DNA of 64,000 nucleotides from a bacterium (lineage in GTDB: Bacteria > Desulfobacterota > Binatia > DP-6): positions 652,333 to 716,332 of the forward strand of contig JAHCID010000002.1 of assembly GCA_026129405.1 (NCBI GenBank). The letters run 5' to 3'. The notes under the pieces were generated by a model. That model was not told the DNA's origin. It saw only the letters and a list, made by a program, of their open reading frames with translations, and made no database searches. Position 1 is the first letter of the stretch; every line of letters begins with the position of its first letter. Positions 50,003-59,648 of the stretch are shown here, piece by piece. The position numbers and the translations under genes are program-made.

Positions 50003-50636
50003 TGGGTGGCGGCGGACGAGGGTGAGGCCCGGACCGAGGGGCAGGTCGAACACCTGGAGGTCGGGGCGCGCCCGCAGGGTCGCGAGGAACGTGCCCACGC
50101 TGCAGCGATAGGCGCGATCCGGACCGTACATGGGCGACGTCTTCTCGCTCCGGCTGTCGTGGAAGCAGACGACCGCACCGGGCGCGAGGCGCGGTGCGAA
50201 CGCCTCCCAGTCGAAGGCGGCCTGCTCGGCGGTGTGGAGGCCGTCGATGAAGACGAGCCCCGGCGGGGGCAGCGCCGCATAGGCGTCGCTGGTCACGAAC
50301 TCCTGCGTGGTCATGCGCAGATGGCGCACGTTGTCGACGCCGAAGCGGCGGAAATGGCGGTCGACGTCGCCGGGGTCGGTCCAGAAGTCGTCCGCGAGCG
50401 ACGGGTCGACGAACCACACCGTGCCGCTCTCGACGTTGTCGGCGAGCGCCTTGCCGAGGATCAGCGGCACGAAGCCGCGCCACGAGCCGACGACGACCGC
50501 GGTGGTCGGGCGCAGCGCGCGGCCGAGTGCGTAGTAGATCCAGCCGAGGCCGAGGTTGGCGTCGGCGGCGCGCTGGAGATGGCCCATGCGCAGCAACGAC
50601 GGCTCCGCGAGGAGCGACGCGATCCAGGCGTTCACG
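50000..50636 (-). CDS. class I SAM-dependent methyltransferase-like protein (Methyltransf_24 / TylF-CmcI-like)
   Basis: …VVVGSWRGFVPLILGKAL…TVWFVDP…FIDGLHTAEQAAFDWEAF…GAVVCFHD resembles the small sugar/natural-product O-methyltransferase fold. Start GTG 50636 or ATG 50587. Its TGA overlaps the next gene's ATG as ATGA (translational coupling). Confidence 0.5.
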
Positions 50637-50818
50637 CGCGCGGGACCCCGATCGACGGCGTGCCCGGGGCGGAGGCGCCGGACTCGCCGTCGACGCGGGT
50701 GGCGAGCCGGGCGCGCGTTCCCGCCGGCTCCCCGCGCGGTCGCCGCACGATCATCGCCGAGCGGCATAGGAGCGCGCGGGGGGCGGAGTCAACTCGACGC
50801 CCGGCGAGGACGGTTTTC

Positions 50819-50848
50819 TTGACCGCGGTCGGCGCGCGCCGCTAGAAC
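50819..50848 (+). promoter_or_regulatory. sigma-70-like promoter candidate TTGACC-N17-cTAGAAC for the + strand operon starting 50873
   Basis: Read directly in the 237-bp divergent intergenic region; would give an ~18-nt leader. Confidence 0.3.
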
Positions 50849-50872
50849 CGCGCGCGTGGCCGTGGAGCGTTC

Positions 50873-51742
50873 GTGGATCGCGTGACCCTGGCGCTCCTGC
50901 GCGGGGTCTGCCAGCTGCCTGCATACGTCGCCGCCGATCTCGGTCTGTTCCGCGCGCACGGGCTCGAGGTCGCGCTCGACTACGCGCCCACCGCGTGGGC
51001 GGTGCCCGAGCGCATGCTGCGCGGGCAGGTCGACTTCGCGGTGATCCCGTGGACGCGTGTCGCGGCGGCCGGGGCGCGTGGCGAGCCGCTGGTCCTGATC
51101 TGCGGCTCCGGCTGCGAGGAAGCGGCGCTCGTGGTGCGCCGCGGCTGCGCGCCTACCGACGTCGCCCGCGTGGCGCTGCCGCAGGAAGGCGGCATGAAGG
51201 ATCTCACCGCCGTCGGTCTGGTGCAGAGCCTCGGCTGGGGCGAGGCCGAGACGCTGCGCCTACCGTCGGGCGACGCGGCGATCCTCGCCTTCGTCGGCGG
51301 CGGCGTCGACGCGGCGTCGATGGTCGAGCCCTGGGCCACCATGCTCCACCACCTCGGGCTCGGCGACGTCGTGCGCCGGACCCGCGACGTCTGGCCCGGC
51401 GTGCCGGGCTGCTCGCTCACGACGTCGGCGGCGCTGATCGCCGAGCGGCCCGACGTGGTCGAGCGCATGGTGCGCGCGTTCGTCGCCGGCGCGCGCGTCG
51501 TCGGCGACGATCCCGAGCGCGCCGCCGCGATCGGCGCGCGCCACATTGGCGTGGAGGCGCGGCACGTGTCCGGCGCGCTCGCGCACAACGCCCCCGACGT
51601 CCATGCGCTCGGGCGCAGCGCGGCCATGGACGCCGTGCTCGACGTCATGCTCGCCCGCGGCTACCTCGCGCGCCGTCCCGACGCCGGCTTCAAGGATCTC
51701 ACCTTCCTCGAGCGCGCCCGGCGCGGCGCCGCGGCGGCCTGA
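50873..51742 (+). CDS. periplasmic-binding-protein-fold (NMT1/THI5 / SsuA-like) protein without a signal peptide
   Basis: Two-lobe SBP-like pattern (…GQVDFAVIPWTRVAAAG…, …MVEPWATMLHH…), but no N-terminal signal sequence; GTG start. Confidence 0.5.
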   Translation: MDRVTLALLRGVCQLPAYVAADLGLFRAHGLEVALDYAPTAWAVPERMLRGQVDFAVIPWTRVAAAGARGEPLVLICGSGCEEAALVVRRGCAPTDVARVALPQEGGMKDLTAVGLVQSLGWGEAETLRLPSGDAAILAFVGGGVDAASMVEPWATMLHHLGLGDVVRRTRDVWPGVPGCSLTTSAALIAERPDVVERMVRAFVAGARVVGDDPERAAAIGARHIGVEARHVSGALAHNAPDVHALGRSAAMDAVLDVMLARGYLARRPDAGFKDLTFLERARRGAAAA

Positions 51743-51749
51743 GGCGCGC

Positions 51750-52862
51750 GTGGCGCCGACGCTCGTCTGCTGCGCGGCGCCCATCGGTTACGGACCGGCG
51801 ACCAAGCTCGCCACGCTCGCCGGCGCGCTGCGGGGGCACGGGCTGCGTCCCGTCTTCCTCGGCGAGGGCAGCGCCCTCGAAGCCGCGCGCCGCAGCACCG
51901 TCTTCGACGACGTGCTCACCGGGCCCGGCGACGCGCCGGCGGTCCGCGCCGCGATCGACGCGAGCGCCGGTCTCCTCTCGCTGATGGAGCGCGAGCATCT
52001 CGCCGTCGCCCAGCGGCGCGGACGCCCGACCTTCGTCGTCGACAGCCTCCTCTGGATGCGCGACCACGTGCCGCCCGCGTTCCGCGCCGCGACGCGCTAC
52101 TGGGCCCAGGACTTCGTCGGCGTCCGCGGACGCGCCGCCGGGCTCGCGACCGTGATCGGCCCCGTCGTGCCGCCGACGGCGGCCCCGCGGGTACACGGCG
52201 CGGGACTCGTGATCGCGCTCGGCGGCACGGCGTCGCCGTTCGGGGACGCCGCCGCCGACGGCGCCTGGCTCGATCTCCTCGTCGAGGCCGTCGTCGACGC
52301 CGGCCTGGTCGCGAGCTTCGCGGGCCGCGCGGTCTGCATGGCGAGCGAGCCCTGCCGGGCGCGGCTCGCCGCGCGCCACGCCGGGCGCGGGATCACGTTC
52401 ACGTCGCTGGCGCCGGCCGCGGCGGCGCGCCTGCTCGCGTCGGCCGCGTTCGTCCTGGCGGCGCCCGGGCTCACCACGGCGCTCGAGTGCTTCCAGCTCG
52501 GCGTGCCGACCGGCTTTCTCCCGCCGCTCGGCTACAGCCAGTGGCTCATCCTGGAGGCGCTGCGCGCGCAGGGCCTGGCGCCGCACGCCTTCCACTGGGC
52601 CGACCGCCTGCCGCCGGAGAGCATCGTCGTCGGGATGCCCGAGGCGGGTCGCACCGAGCGGGTGCGGGCGCTCGTCCGCCCACGGCTGCACGACGCGGAG
52701 ACGCGCCGCGGTCTCCGCGCAGCGCTTCGCGCCATGTGCGAGGGCGACCTGGCCGCGCTCGCCGCCCGCCAGCACGCGTTCTTCGCCGCTCTCGGGCCGA
52801 ACGCCGTGGGGGCGATCGCCCGCGACATCGCCGCCCTGTGCGCCGACGGAGGACGCGCATGA
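51750..52862 (+). CDS. hypothetical GT-B fold (MurG/GT28-like) glycosyltransferase-like protein
   Basis: C-terminal half (…AGLVIALGGTASPFG…AAFVLAAPGLTTALECFQLGVPTGFLPP…) resembles the nucleotide-sugar-binding domain of GT-B enzymes. GTG start 51750 lies 8 nt after the previous stop; its TGA overlaps the next ATG (ATGA). Confidence 0.4.
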   Translation: MAPTLVCCAAPIGYGPATKLATLAGALRGHGLRPVFLGEGSALEAARRSTVFDDVLTGPGDAPAVRAAIDASAGLLSLMEREHLAVAQRRGRPTFVVDSLLWMRDHVPPAFRAATRYWAQDFVGVRGRAAGLATVIGPVVPPTAAPRVHGAGLVIALGGTASPFGDAAADGAWLDLLVEAVVDAGLVASFAGRAVCMASEPCRARLAARHAGRGITFTSLAPAAAARLLASAAFVLAAPGLTTALECFQLGVPTGFLPPLGYSQWLILEALRAQGLAPHAFHWADRLPPESIVVGMPEAGRTERVRALVRPRLHDAETRRGLRAALRAMCEGDLAALAARQHAFFAALGPNAVGAIARDIAALCADGGRA

Positions 52863-54205
52863 CGTTCGACCCCGCCGCCATCGACCGCATCGCCGACGCC
52901 CTCGCCGGGGCCCTGCACGTGCCCTACGCGCCGCCGCATATCTATCCGATGGCGGCGCCGGTCTTCCGCGCCGCGGCCGGCGCCGCGCGCACGCGGCGCG
53001 GGGACGGCCCGCTCGCGGTGTACGTACACGTGCCGTTCTGCAACTACGCCTGCACCTTCTGCTTCTATGCCAAGCGCATCGGCGACGACGAGGCCGCGAA
53101 GGCGCGCTACGTGGACGCCGCCGTGCGCGAGCTCGCCTGGATTCCACCGGGCACGGGGCTACGCCATCTCTATCTCGGCGGCGGCACGCCGACGGCGCTG
53201 CCGCCGCACCTGCTCGACCGCCTGCTCGGGGCGGTGCTGGACCGCACGGTGCGCGAGCCGCGCGCGCGCTGGTGCGTCGAGAGCTCGCCCGAATCGGTGA
53301 CGCCCGCGCACGTGGACGTGTTGCGGGCGCACGGCGTGGGCCGTGTCAGCGTCGGCGTGCAGTCGCTCGACGCGGGCGAGCTCGACCGCGTCCACCGCCG
53401 GCACGCGCCGGCGCACGCGCTCGACGTGCTGCGCATGCTGGTGGCGAGCGGCTTCGTCGTGAACGTCGACCTCATCTACGGGCTGCCGGGACAGACCGAG
53501 GCGACCTTCGCGCGCGCGTTCGCCGACGTCGTCGCCACCGGCGTCGACGCGGTGACGACCTACAGCCTGCGCGTCAACGAGCGCACGCCGGTGGCGCGCG
53601 CGCTCGCGCCCGCCGAGCGGCTCGATCTCCCGCGCAAGCTCCATTGGCGCGCGCACGTGAAGCGCACCGCCGACGCGCTGGGCTTCGTGCAGACGCGCTG
53701 GCACACGTTCGTGCGCCCCGACGGCGGCCAGGCGCCGGGGCCCGACGCGATCGACGACACCGGCAGTACGGGCGACCAGTTCGGCGCCGGGCCGAGCGCC
53801 CGCTCGCGTCTCGCGGCCACGGTCTACCGCAACCACGCCGACCTCGACGCCTGGCGCGCGCGCGTCGAGGCGGGCGAGAGCCCGGTCGCCGAGACCTTCG
53901 CGCTCGCCGATCAGGACCGCCGCATCCGCTTCCTGGGGCAGTCGCTCGGCGACGGCCGCCCGCTCGACCGCGGCGCCTGGCAGGCGACCTTCGGCACGCC
54001 GATCGAGGCCGAGTTCGGCCCGGTGCTCGACCGCCTGCGCGCGGCCGACCTCGTCGCCGACGAGGGCGATACGCTCGCGCTGACGCCGACGGGCCAGCTC
54101 GTGCACGACCTCGTGACGCTCGCGTTCTACCCGCCCGCGACCCAGGCCTGGCTCAGCGAGCGGCAGGCCGCGGCGCTGGCGCCGCGGCCGCGCGCCACGT
54201 CGTAG
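52859..54205 (+). CDS. HemN-like radical SAM protein (coproporphyrinogen-III oxidase-like / class C radical SAM family)
   Basis: CxxxCxxC cluster motif in VYVHVPFCNYACTFCFY, GGGTP motif (LYLGGGTPTAL) and HemN-like C-terminal domain; 448 aa. Confidence 0.8.
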   Translation: MTFDPAAIDRIADALAGALHVPYAPPHIYPMAAPVFRAAAGAARTRRGDGPLAVYVHVPFCNYACTFCFYAKRIGDDEAAKARYVDAAVRELAWIPPGTGLRHLYLGGGTPTALPPHLLDRLLGAVLDRTVREPRARWCVESSPESVTPAHVDVLRAHGVGRVSVGVQSLDAGELDRVHRRHAPAHALDVLRMLVASGFVVNVDLIYGLPGQTEATFARAFADVVATGVDAVTTYSLRVNERTPVARALAPAERLDLPRKLHWRAHVKRTADALGFVQTRWHTFVRPDGGQAPGPDAIDDTGSTGDQFGAGPSARSRLAATVYRNHADLDAWRARVEAGESPVAETFALADQDRRIRFLGQSLGDGRPLDRGAWQATFGTPIEAEFGPVLDRLRAADLVADEGDTLALTPTGQLVHDLVTLAFYPPATQAWLSERQAAALAPRPRATS

Positions 54206-54209
54206 CGCG

Positions 54210-56030
54210 CTACGGCGTCGTGCCGGCCATGCCGTGCGCGATCCGGAGGGCCATCGCCACGATCGTCAGCGTCGGGTTCCAGCCGCCGCCGGTGGGGAAG
54301 ATGGCGCCGTCGACGCACCAGAGGTTGTCGACCTCGTGGAAGCGGCCGTCGGGACGGGTGACCGACGCCGCCGGGTCGGTGCCCATGCGCAGGGTGCCGA
54401 GGACGTGGCGCGAGGTCGGCGGGCCGAAGACGGCGTCGCAGGGCGCGGCGAAGACGCGATCGGTGCCGCTGTTGCGGACGATCTCGCGCATCGTCGGCAG
54501 GTAGAACTTGCGCGCCTCGCGCTCGAAGGCGTGGTTCTCGTAGGTGACGCGCGGGACCGGCAGGCCGAAGACGTCGCGCACGCTCGGGTCGAGCGTGACG
54601 GCGTTCTCGCGCCGGGGCGCGTCCTCGCCCTGCATGAGGAGGCCGAAGAGGTGCTGGCCGATGGGCTGGTCGCGGATGGCGTCCTTCAGCGGCTGGCCGA
54701 GCGGCCGGCGCAGATCGAAGGCGTAGACGAAGCCGTCCTCGGTGATCGTGAGCCCCTGCGGGGCGGAGAACTCGACGACGCCGCCGAGATGGGCACGCGC
54801 GCCCGCGTCGGTCTGCACGACGCGGACCTCGGCGCCGCCGGGCTCCACGCCGCGGAAGTCCGAGAGGCCGCTGGTGACGGCCATGCCGCGGTTGCCGTGC
54901 ACGCGGCGGGGCAGGAAGCCGTTCACGTTCGTCTGGTAGTGGAACATGAGGTTCTGCCCGAGATGCCCGCTGCCGTTGCCGAGCGCGCCGCCGGCCGGCG
55001 TCGGGGAGAGCAGGCACAGGCGCGCGGACTCGATCGCCGAGGCGGCGAGCACGTAGGCCGACGCGGTGGCCGTCTGCACGGCGCCGGTCGCGTCGACGTA
55101 GACGACGCCGGTCACGCGACCGCCGTCGTTCGCGAGGCGCGTCGCCTGGCAGTTCACGCGCAGCTGGCAGTTGCCGGAGAGGAGCGCCCGGCGCAGGCCG
55201 GTGACCGCGCTCGAGCCCTTGGCGTGGATCGGGCAGCCGAAGCCGCTGCACGGGCCGCACTGGTTGCAGGGCGGCCGCTGCAGGTCGGGCGCCTCGGGAT
55301 AGAAGCGCGTGTTGATCGCGGCGGGGTAGCGGTGCGGCGAGAGCGGCCCGCCGAGGAACGTCGTCCGGCTGCAGCCCTCGCGCAGGACGTGCGCCAGGTA
55401 CATGTCGAGCCCCGGCGGCATCGGCCAGGGCGTCCGGCGCGGCGGCGCGAACGGGTTCGAGTCGTCGCCGGAGACGCCGAGCAGGCGCTCGGCCGCGTCG
55501 TAGAACGGCTCCAGGTCGTCGTAGCGCAGCGGCCAGTCGACCCAGCTCGCGCTGCCCGCGTCGGCGAAGAAGCCCGGCACCTCGAGGCTCGGGTGGGCGT
55601 CCTTCGCGCGCTGCATCGCGCTCACCATCTCGAAGTCGACGCCGGTGAAGCGCGGCGTCTTCATGTCGGCGTGCGACCAGGCGCCGCCGACGCACTTCGG
55701 CAGCACGTTGACGTCGTCGTGGATGGCGGCGGTGTCGCCGTCGCTGCGGCGGAAGGTGCGCGGCTCGAGCCCGGGCGACGGCGTGATGAAGTTGCGCACC
55801 TGGTACTTGAGCTCGTCGTTGGAGTGCAGCGTCGGGGCGAGCGGGCCCGGCTGGTCGAGCCCGGGGAAGGGGTTCGGCCCGGCTTCGAGGACGAGCACCG
55901 TCTTCCCCGCCGCCGCCAGCACGCCCGCGGCGGTGCCGCCGCCGGCGCCGCTGCCGACGATGCAGACGTCGAACGCCGCGAGGCCGCGGTTGCCGAGCAC
56001 GTCGTCGTCGCGGCGCCGGCGTCGCTTCAC
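54210..56030 (-). CDS. GMC family FAD-dependent oxidoreductase (gluconate 2-dehydrogenase flavoprotein-like)
   Basis: N-terminal Rossmann FDVCIVGSGAGGGTAAGVLAAAGKTVLVLEAG, C-terminal GMC_oxred_C region (…HVLGTLRMGTDPAASV…). GTG start overlaps the upstream stop as GTGA. Confidence 0.8.
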   Translation of the reverse strand: MKRRRRRDDDVLGNRGLAAFDVCIVGSGAGGGTAAGVLAAAGKTVLVLEAGPNPFPGLDQPGPLAPTLHSNDELKYQVRNFITPSPGLEPRTFRRSDGDTAAIHDDVNVLPKCVGGAWSHADMKTPRFTGVDFEMVSAMQRAKDAHPSLEVPGFFADAGSASWVDWPLRYDDLEPFYDAAERLLGVSGDDSNPFAPPRRTPWPMPPGLDMYLAHVLREGCSRTTFLGGPLSPHRYPAAINTRFYPEAPDLQRPPCNQCGPCSGFGCPIHAKGSSAVTGLRRALLSGNCQLRVNCQATRLANDGGRVTGVVYVDATGAVQTATASAYVLAASAIESARLCLLSPTPAGGALGNGSGHLGQNLMFHYQTNVNGFLPRRVHGNRGMAVTSGLSDFRGVEPGGAEVRVVQTDAGARAHLGGVVEFSAPQGLTITEDGFVYAFDLRRPLGQPLKDAIRDQPIGQHLFGLLMQGEDAPRRENAVTLDPSVRDVFGLPVPRVTYENHAFEREARKFYLPTMREIVRNSGTDRVFAAPCDAVFGPPTSRHVLGTLRMGTDPAASVTRPDGRFHEVDNLWCVDGAIFPTGGGWNPTLTIVAMALRIAHGMAGTTP

Positions 56031-57037
56031 GAGCAGGCCCGCTCGAGCGCATCGCCGGTCGCGGCGATGAACGTCTGGATCGACTCCGCCTCGGCGGAGA
56101 TCGGCTTCGGCGCCGCGATCTCGTCGGGGTTCGGCGTCGTGAGCGGCTGCTCCGGGCGCTCGGCGTACGCGTCCGTCGCCCGCGAGTAGAGCGCGTATCC
56201 CAGCGGCTGGCTGTCGCCCTCGACGCCGAGCAGCGCCCAGCCGCGCGTCTTGCGGTTGCCGCCGTACTCCGGCGCCGCGAAGCAGCCCTCGATCGTGTGC
56301 TGCACGACGAGGTCGACGAAACCGCGGCCGCGGCGCGCGTCGACGGGGAAGCGGGTGCGCGCGAGGTCGCGGATCGCCGCCTGCGTCTCGGCGTCGAGCT
56401 TCGCGAACGCGGTGCCGGCCTCGATGCGCGCCAGCGCGTCGAGCTGCGCCAGGCCGTCGCGGTAGACGTCGCGCAGGCCGCGCAGCGGGCCGCCGCGCTG
56501 GGCGTCGAGCGGGGCCACGAGGGCGCGCTCGTCCGCATCGAGGCCGGCGCTGCCGAGCAGCTCCCAGCGCCAGTGCAGCGCCTGGAGGCGGGTGGGCGGC
56601 ACGAACGTCGCGAACGCGTTCTTCGGCCGCTTCTTCGCGGGCCGGCCGGTGGCGTAGTCGATGAAGGGACGGCGGCCGCTGAAGGGGCCGCCGGCGTAGA
56701 GGAGCGGGGTGCGGAAGTCGAGCGCCGTCAGGTAGCGGTCGAGGTAGCGCACGACGCCGAGCGCGCCGGCGCCGGGATCGGCGTCGGGCGGCAGGATGGT
56801 GTCGACGAGCGCGTCGAGGGTGCGTCGCTCGGCCTTGGTGAAGAAGCGGCCGCGCCGGGCGGCCCAGGCCTGCTCCACCCGCGTCCACGGCGAGGCCGCC
56901 ACCACCAGCGCCGCGCCCGCAGCGCCCAGGAACTGACGCCGCGTGAGCAGGATGCGGACGGCCTGGGTCGGAGTCGGCGGCGGGGGAAGCGGGGGCGGGG
57001 CGACGCAGCCTAGCGGGGGCAGTCGGAGCCGGCTCAC
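56027..57037 (-). CDS. gluconate 2-dehydrogenase subunit 3 family protein with Tat signal
   Basis: Twin-arginine motif TRRQFLGAAGAALVVAASP; this small subunit is typically encoded directly upstream of GMC dehydrogenases; GTG start 57037. Confidence 0.6.
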   Translation of the reverse strand: MSRLRLPPLGCVAPPPLPPPPTPTQAVRILLTRRQFLGAAGAALVVAASPWTRVEQAWAARRGRFFTKAERRTLDALVDTILPPDADPGAGALGVVRYLDRYLTALDFRTPLLYAGGPFSGRRPFIDYATGRPAKKRPKNAFATFVPPTRLQALHWRWELLGSAGLDADERALVAPLDAQRGGPLRGLRDVYRDGLAQLDALARIEAGTAFAKLDAETQAAIRDLARTRFPVDARRGRGFVDLVVQHTIEGCFAAPEYGGNRKTRGWALLGVEGDSQPLGYALYSRATDAYAERPEQPLTTPNPDEIAAPKPISAEAESIQTFIAATGDALERACS

Positions 57038-57091
57038 CTCGCGTCGGGTAGTCGATGTGCCGCCGCGGCGTCAATCGCTGGCGGACATCCA

Positions 57092-57573
57092 TCAGCGCCG
57101 GCGCGCGCGGCGTGGTGCGCGCGCCGGGCCGATCGCGTCGAGCATCGCGCCGACCTCGGCGATCGCCGCCTCGAGGCGGCGCAGCTCGGCGTCGAGCCCG
57201 CGGGCGGCGTCGGCGCGGAGCCGCATGCGCTCGCGCGCCCTGCGCCGGGTGAAGTCCCAGGCCGGATCGGCCTCGAGCGCGGCGAGGCGGCGCGCGACGC
57301 CGTCGGCGGCGCGCGCCAGGCCGCGCAGACGCGCGTACCGCTCGCCGAGCGACGTGGGGAGGACGGGCGGCGTGCCGCCGTCGCCCGCGGCGTCGAGCCA
57401 GGTGGCGAGCGCGAGCAGTCGGTCGGCGTCGCCCGCGGCGTACGCCGTCTGCGCCTCGCTCCACAGCGCCTTCAGGCGGGTGGGGTCGGGGCCGCGCAGC
57501 GCGTGCGGCGAGTCGGGATGCAGCCGACGCGCGATGGCGCGGAACAGCGTCACCGGGCGCGCGCGTCCGGTGC
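57092..57573 (-). CDS. hypothetical protein with a J-domain-like HPD segment (…LFRAIARRLHPDSPHALRGPDPTRLKALWSEAQTAYAAGD…)
   Basis: Continues from the previous ORF in the +1 frame; no own start codon found, so this is either a frameshifted single gene or two overlapping ORFs. Confidence 0.25.
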
Positions 57574-57993
57574 CGCGGCGCGCCGGTGCGTCCGCGGCCC
57601 GCCGCCGCGGCGTGGCGCTCGGCCCGGCTTGCGCAGGGTCTTCGCGTGGCGCGCGTCGACGACGTCGGGGTCCATGCGGTCGCGCCGCGGCGGCGCCGAT
57701 TCGGGATGGAGGATCGCGTGCAGGGCCTCGCGCGGTGCGAAGCCGTCGCGCTCGATGAGCGTCTGCACGCGGAACGCGGTGGCCTGCCGGGCGCGCAGCT
57801 CGTCGCGGCGCGCGTCGAGCGCGCTCAGGGTCGGGCCGAGCTCGAGCCGCAGCCAGCGCGCGTACGCCGGCCGCTCGACGTCCTCGAAGGCGCGCAGCCG
57901 GGCTTCGAGCCCGGCCAGGCGCTCCTGCTCGCCGCGCTCCGCCGCGCGCAGGCGGGCGAGCAGGGCAGGGAGGTCTACGGGAACGGGCAGCAT
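57550..57993 (-). CDS. hypothetical coiled-coil protein
   Basis: MLPVPVDLPALLARLRAAERGEQERLAGLEARLRAFEDVERPAYARW…; protein-like only in its first ~100 aa. Confidence 0.3.
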   Translation of the reverse strand: MLPVPVDLPALLARLRAAERGEQERLAGLEARLRAFEDVERPAYARWLRLELGPTLSALDARRDELRARQATAFRVQTLIERDGFAPREALHAILHPESAPPRRDRMDPDVVDARHAKTLRKPGRAPRRGGGPRTHRRAAAPDARAR

Positions 57994-58208
57994 CGGCGGC
58001 GCCGTCCCGCTCCATAGCCGCTGCCGCCCGCCGCGACGAGCGCGTCGGTGCGGCGCGCGCTCGCGCTTCGCGGCCGACGCCGGGACGGTGCCCGGCTCGA
58101 GCGGTGCACGAGGTGCCGCCGCCGCGCCCCTCGCGGACCGGGCCTGGTCGCGCCCGCGGCGGCGGCTTTGGGCTGCACCCGGGCGGGGAATTGCGATAGC
58201 GTCCGCGC

Positions 58209-59639
58209 ATGCCGTCCGCCCTCGTCGCTGGTCTCGTCGCCGGTTTCGTCGCCCTGGCCTCCGTCGCCGCCGCGGCCGACTGCCCGGCCGACGCCTACGC
58301 GCTCTGGTCCGCCGGCATCCTGCGCGGCGCCAACGTCTTCCAGGGTCGCAACCCGGGCGGCGCCACCAACGGCATCGGCGACGGCGACTTCGCCCAGTCC
58401 GACTTCGACGACCTGGCCGCCGCCGGCGCCAACTACGTGCAGCTCTCGCACGCCGGTCTGTTCGCCGAGGCGCCGCCGTACGCGCTCGACGCCGCCGCCC
58501 AGGCGAACCTCGACCGCGTCGTCGCGATGGCAGGCGCGGCCAACCTCTATGCCGTCATCGCCTTCCGCTCCGGGCCCGGCCGCAACGAGAACGCGATCAG
58601 CAACCGCGAGGCCGGCGTGAAGGAGAGCATCTGGACGGATCCGGCGGCGCAGGCCGCGTGGGTCGACATGCTGCGCCACACCGCCGAGCGCTACGGGGCG
58701 AACCCGACCGTCATCGGCTACTCCATCATGGTCGAGCCCAACGCCTACGCGCGCCGCGGCTACGTCGACCCGCCGCAGTTCTACGCCCAGTACGGCAACA
58801 CGCTCGAGGACGTGAACGGCCTCTACACCGCGGCCATCGCCGCCATCCGCCAGGTCGATCCGGAGACGCCGATCCTGCTCGAGCCGGAGGGCTACGGGAA
58901 CGTCACCTGGCTGCCGTACGTCCGCCCGCAGGCCGACGCGCACGTCGTCTACACGGCCCACGACTACACGCCGTTCGACTACACCCACCAGCAGGTCGGC
59001 GGCGCCACCTACCCGGGCACGTACGACGTGGACGGGGCGGCGACGCTCGTCGGCGCCGCCTTCCTCGGCACCTATCTCCAGACGCTCCAGACGTACGTCG
59101 ACACGCACGGCGTGCCGGTGGCGCTCACCGAGTTCGGCGTGCACCGCAACGCCCCGAACGCGGCGCAGTACCTCGCCGATCGCATCGCCGTCCAGGACCT
59201 GCTCGGCAGCTGGGCGGTGTGGGTCTGGCAGCCGGCGGGCTTCATCGACCCGTTCAACATGCACGAGCCGTCGCCCGTGCTTGAGGTGCTGAAGACCGCG
59301 TGGAGCGCCAACTGCCGGCGCGCCGCCGGGGGCGGTGGGGACGGGGGCGGCACCGGCGTCGCCGTCGTGAGCGGGCGGGCGCGCAAGCTGCGGCCGAACG
59401 GCAAGACGGGCAAGGCGCTGCCGAAGGTCACCGTCACGGTCGGGACGGCGACCGTGACGACGCGGCGGAAGAAGCCGCGCGGCGCGTTCGAGCTCGAGGT
59501 CGCCTCGGGCACGCAGCGCATCACGGCGACGCGCGGGCGGCGCGGCTGCCGCATCGGCTCGGCCGACGGGCCTACGACGCTCGACGTGACCCTGGCGCCC
59601 GACGAGCGCCGGCCGCTCGACGTGTTCTGCGGCCGGTAG
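58209..59639 (+). CDS. secreted glycoside hydrolase family 5 (cellulase-family) protein with a C-terminal extra domain
   Basis: Signal peptide; GH5 catalytic motifs (…SIMVEPN… acid/base and …ALTEFGV… nucleophile) and (β/α)8-consistent spacing. Confidence 0.75.
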   Translation: MPSALVAGLVAGFVALASVAAAADCPADAYALWSAGILRGANVFQGRNPGGATNGIGDGDFAQSDFDDLAAAGANYVQLSHAGLFAEAPPYALDAAAQANLDRVVAMAGAANLYAVIAFRSGPGRNENAISNREAGVKESIWTDPAAQAAWVDMLRHTAERYGANPTVIGYSIMVEPNAYARRGYVDPPQFYAQYGNTLEDVNGLYTAAIAAIRQVDPETPILLEPEGYGNVTWLPYVRPQADAHVVYTAHDYTPFDYTHQQVGGATYPGTYDVDGAATLVGAAFLGTYLQTLQTYVDTHGVPVALTEFGVHRNAPNAAQYLADRIAVQDLLGSWAVWVWQPAGFIDPFNMHEPSPVLEVLKTAWSANCRRAAGGGGDGGGTGVAVVSGRARKLRPNGKTGKALPKVTVTVGTATVTTRRKKPRGAFELEVASGTQRITATRGRRGCRIGSADGPTTLDVTLAPDERRPLDVFCGR

Positions 59640-59648
59640 CGGCGGACA

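Noticed and set aside
46466-50483. ORFs 46466..48226 (-, most of it), 46744..48378 (+), 48174..50111 (+) and 48223..50280 (-)
   Set aside because: Overlap the S1 protease and the GT2-pyruvyltransferase gene in wrong frames.
54127-57464. ORFs 54127..56538 (-), 54234..56189 (+), and 54210..57464 beyond codon ~607
   Set aside because: The GMC oxidoreductase starts at GTG 56030. The upstream extension is the wrong frame of the Tat-subunit gene.
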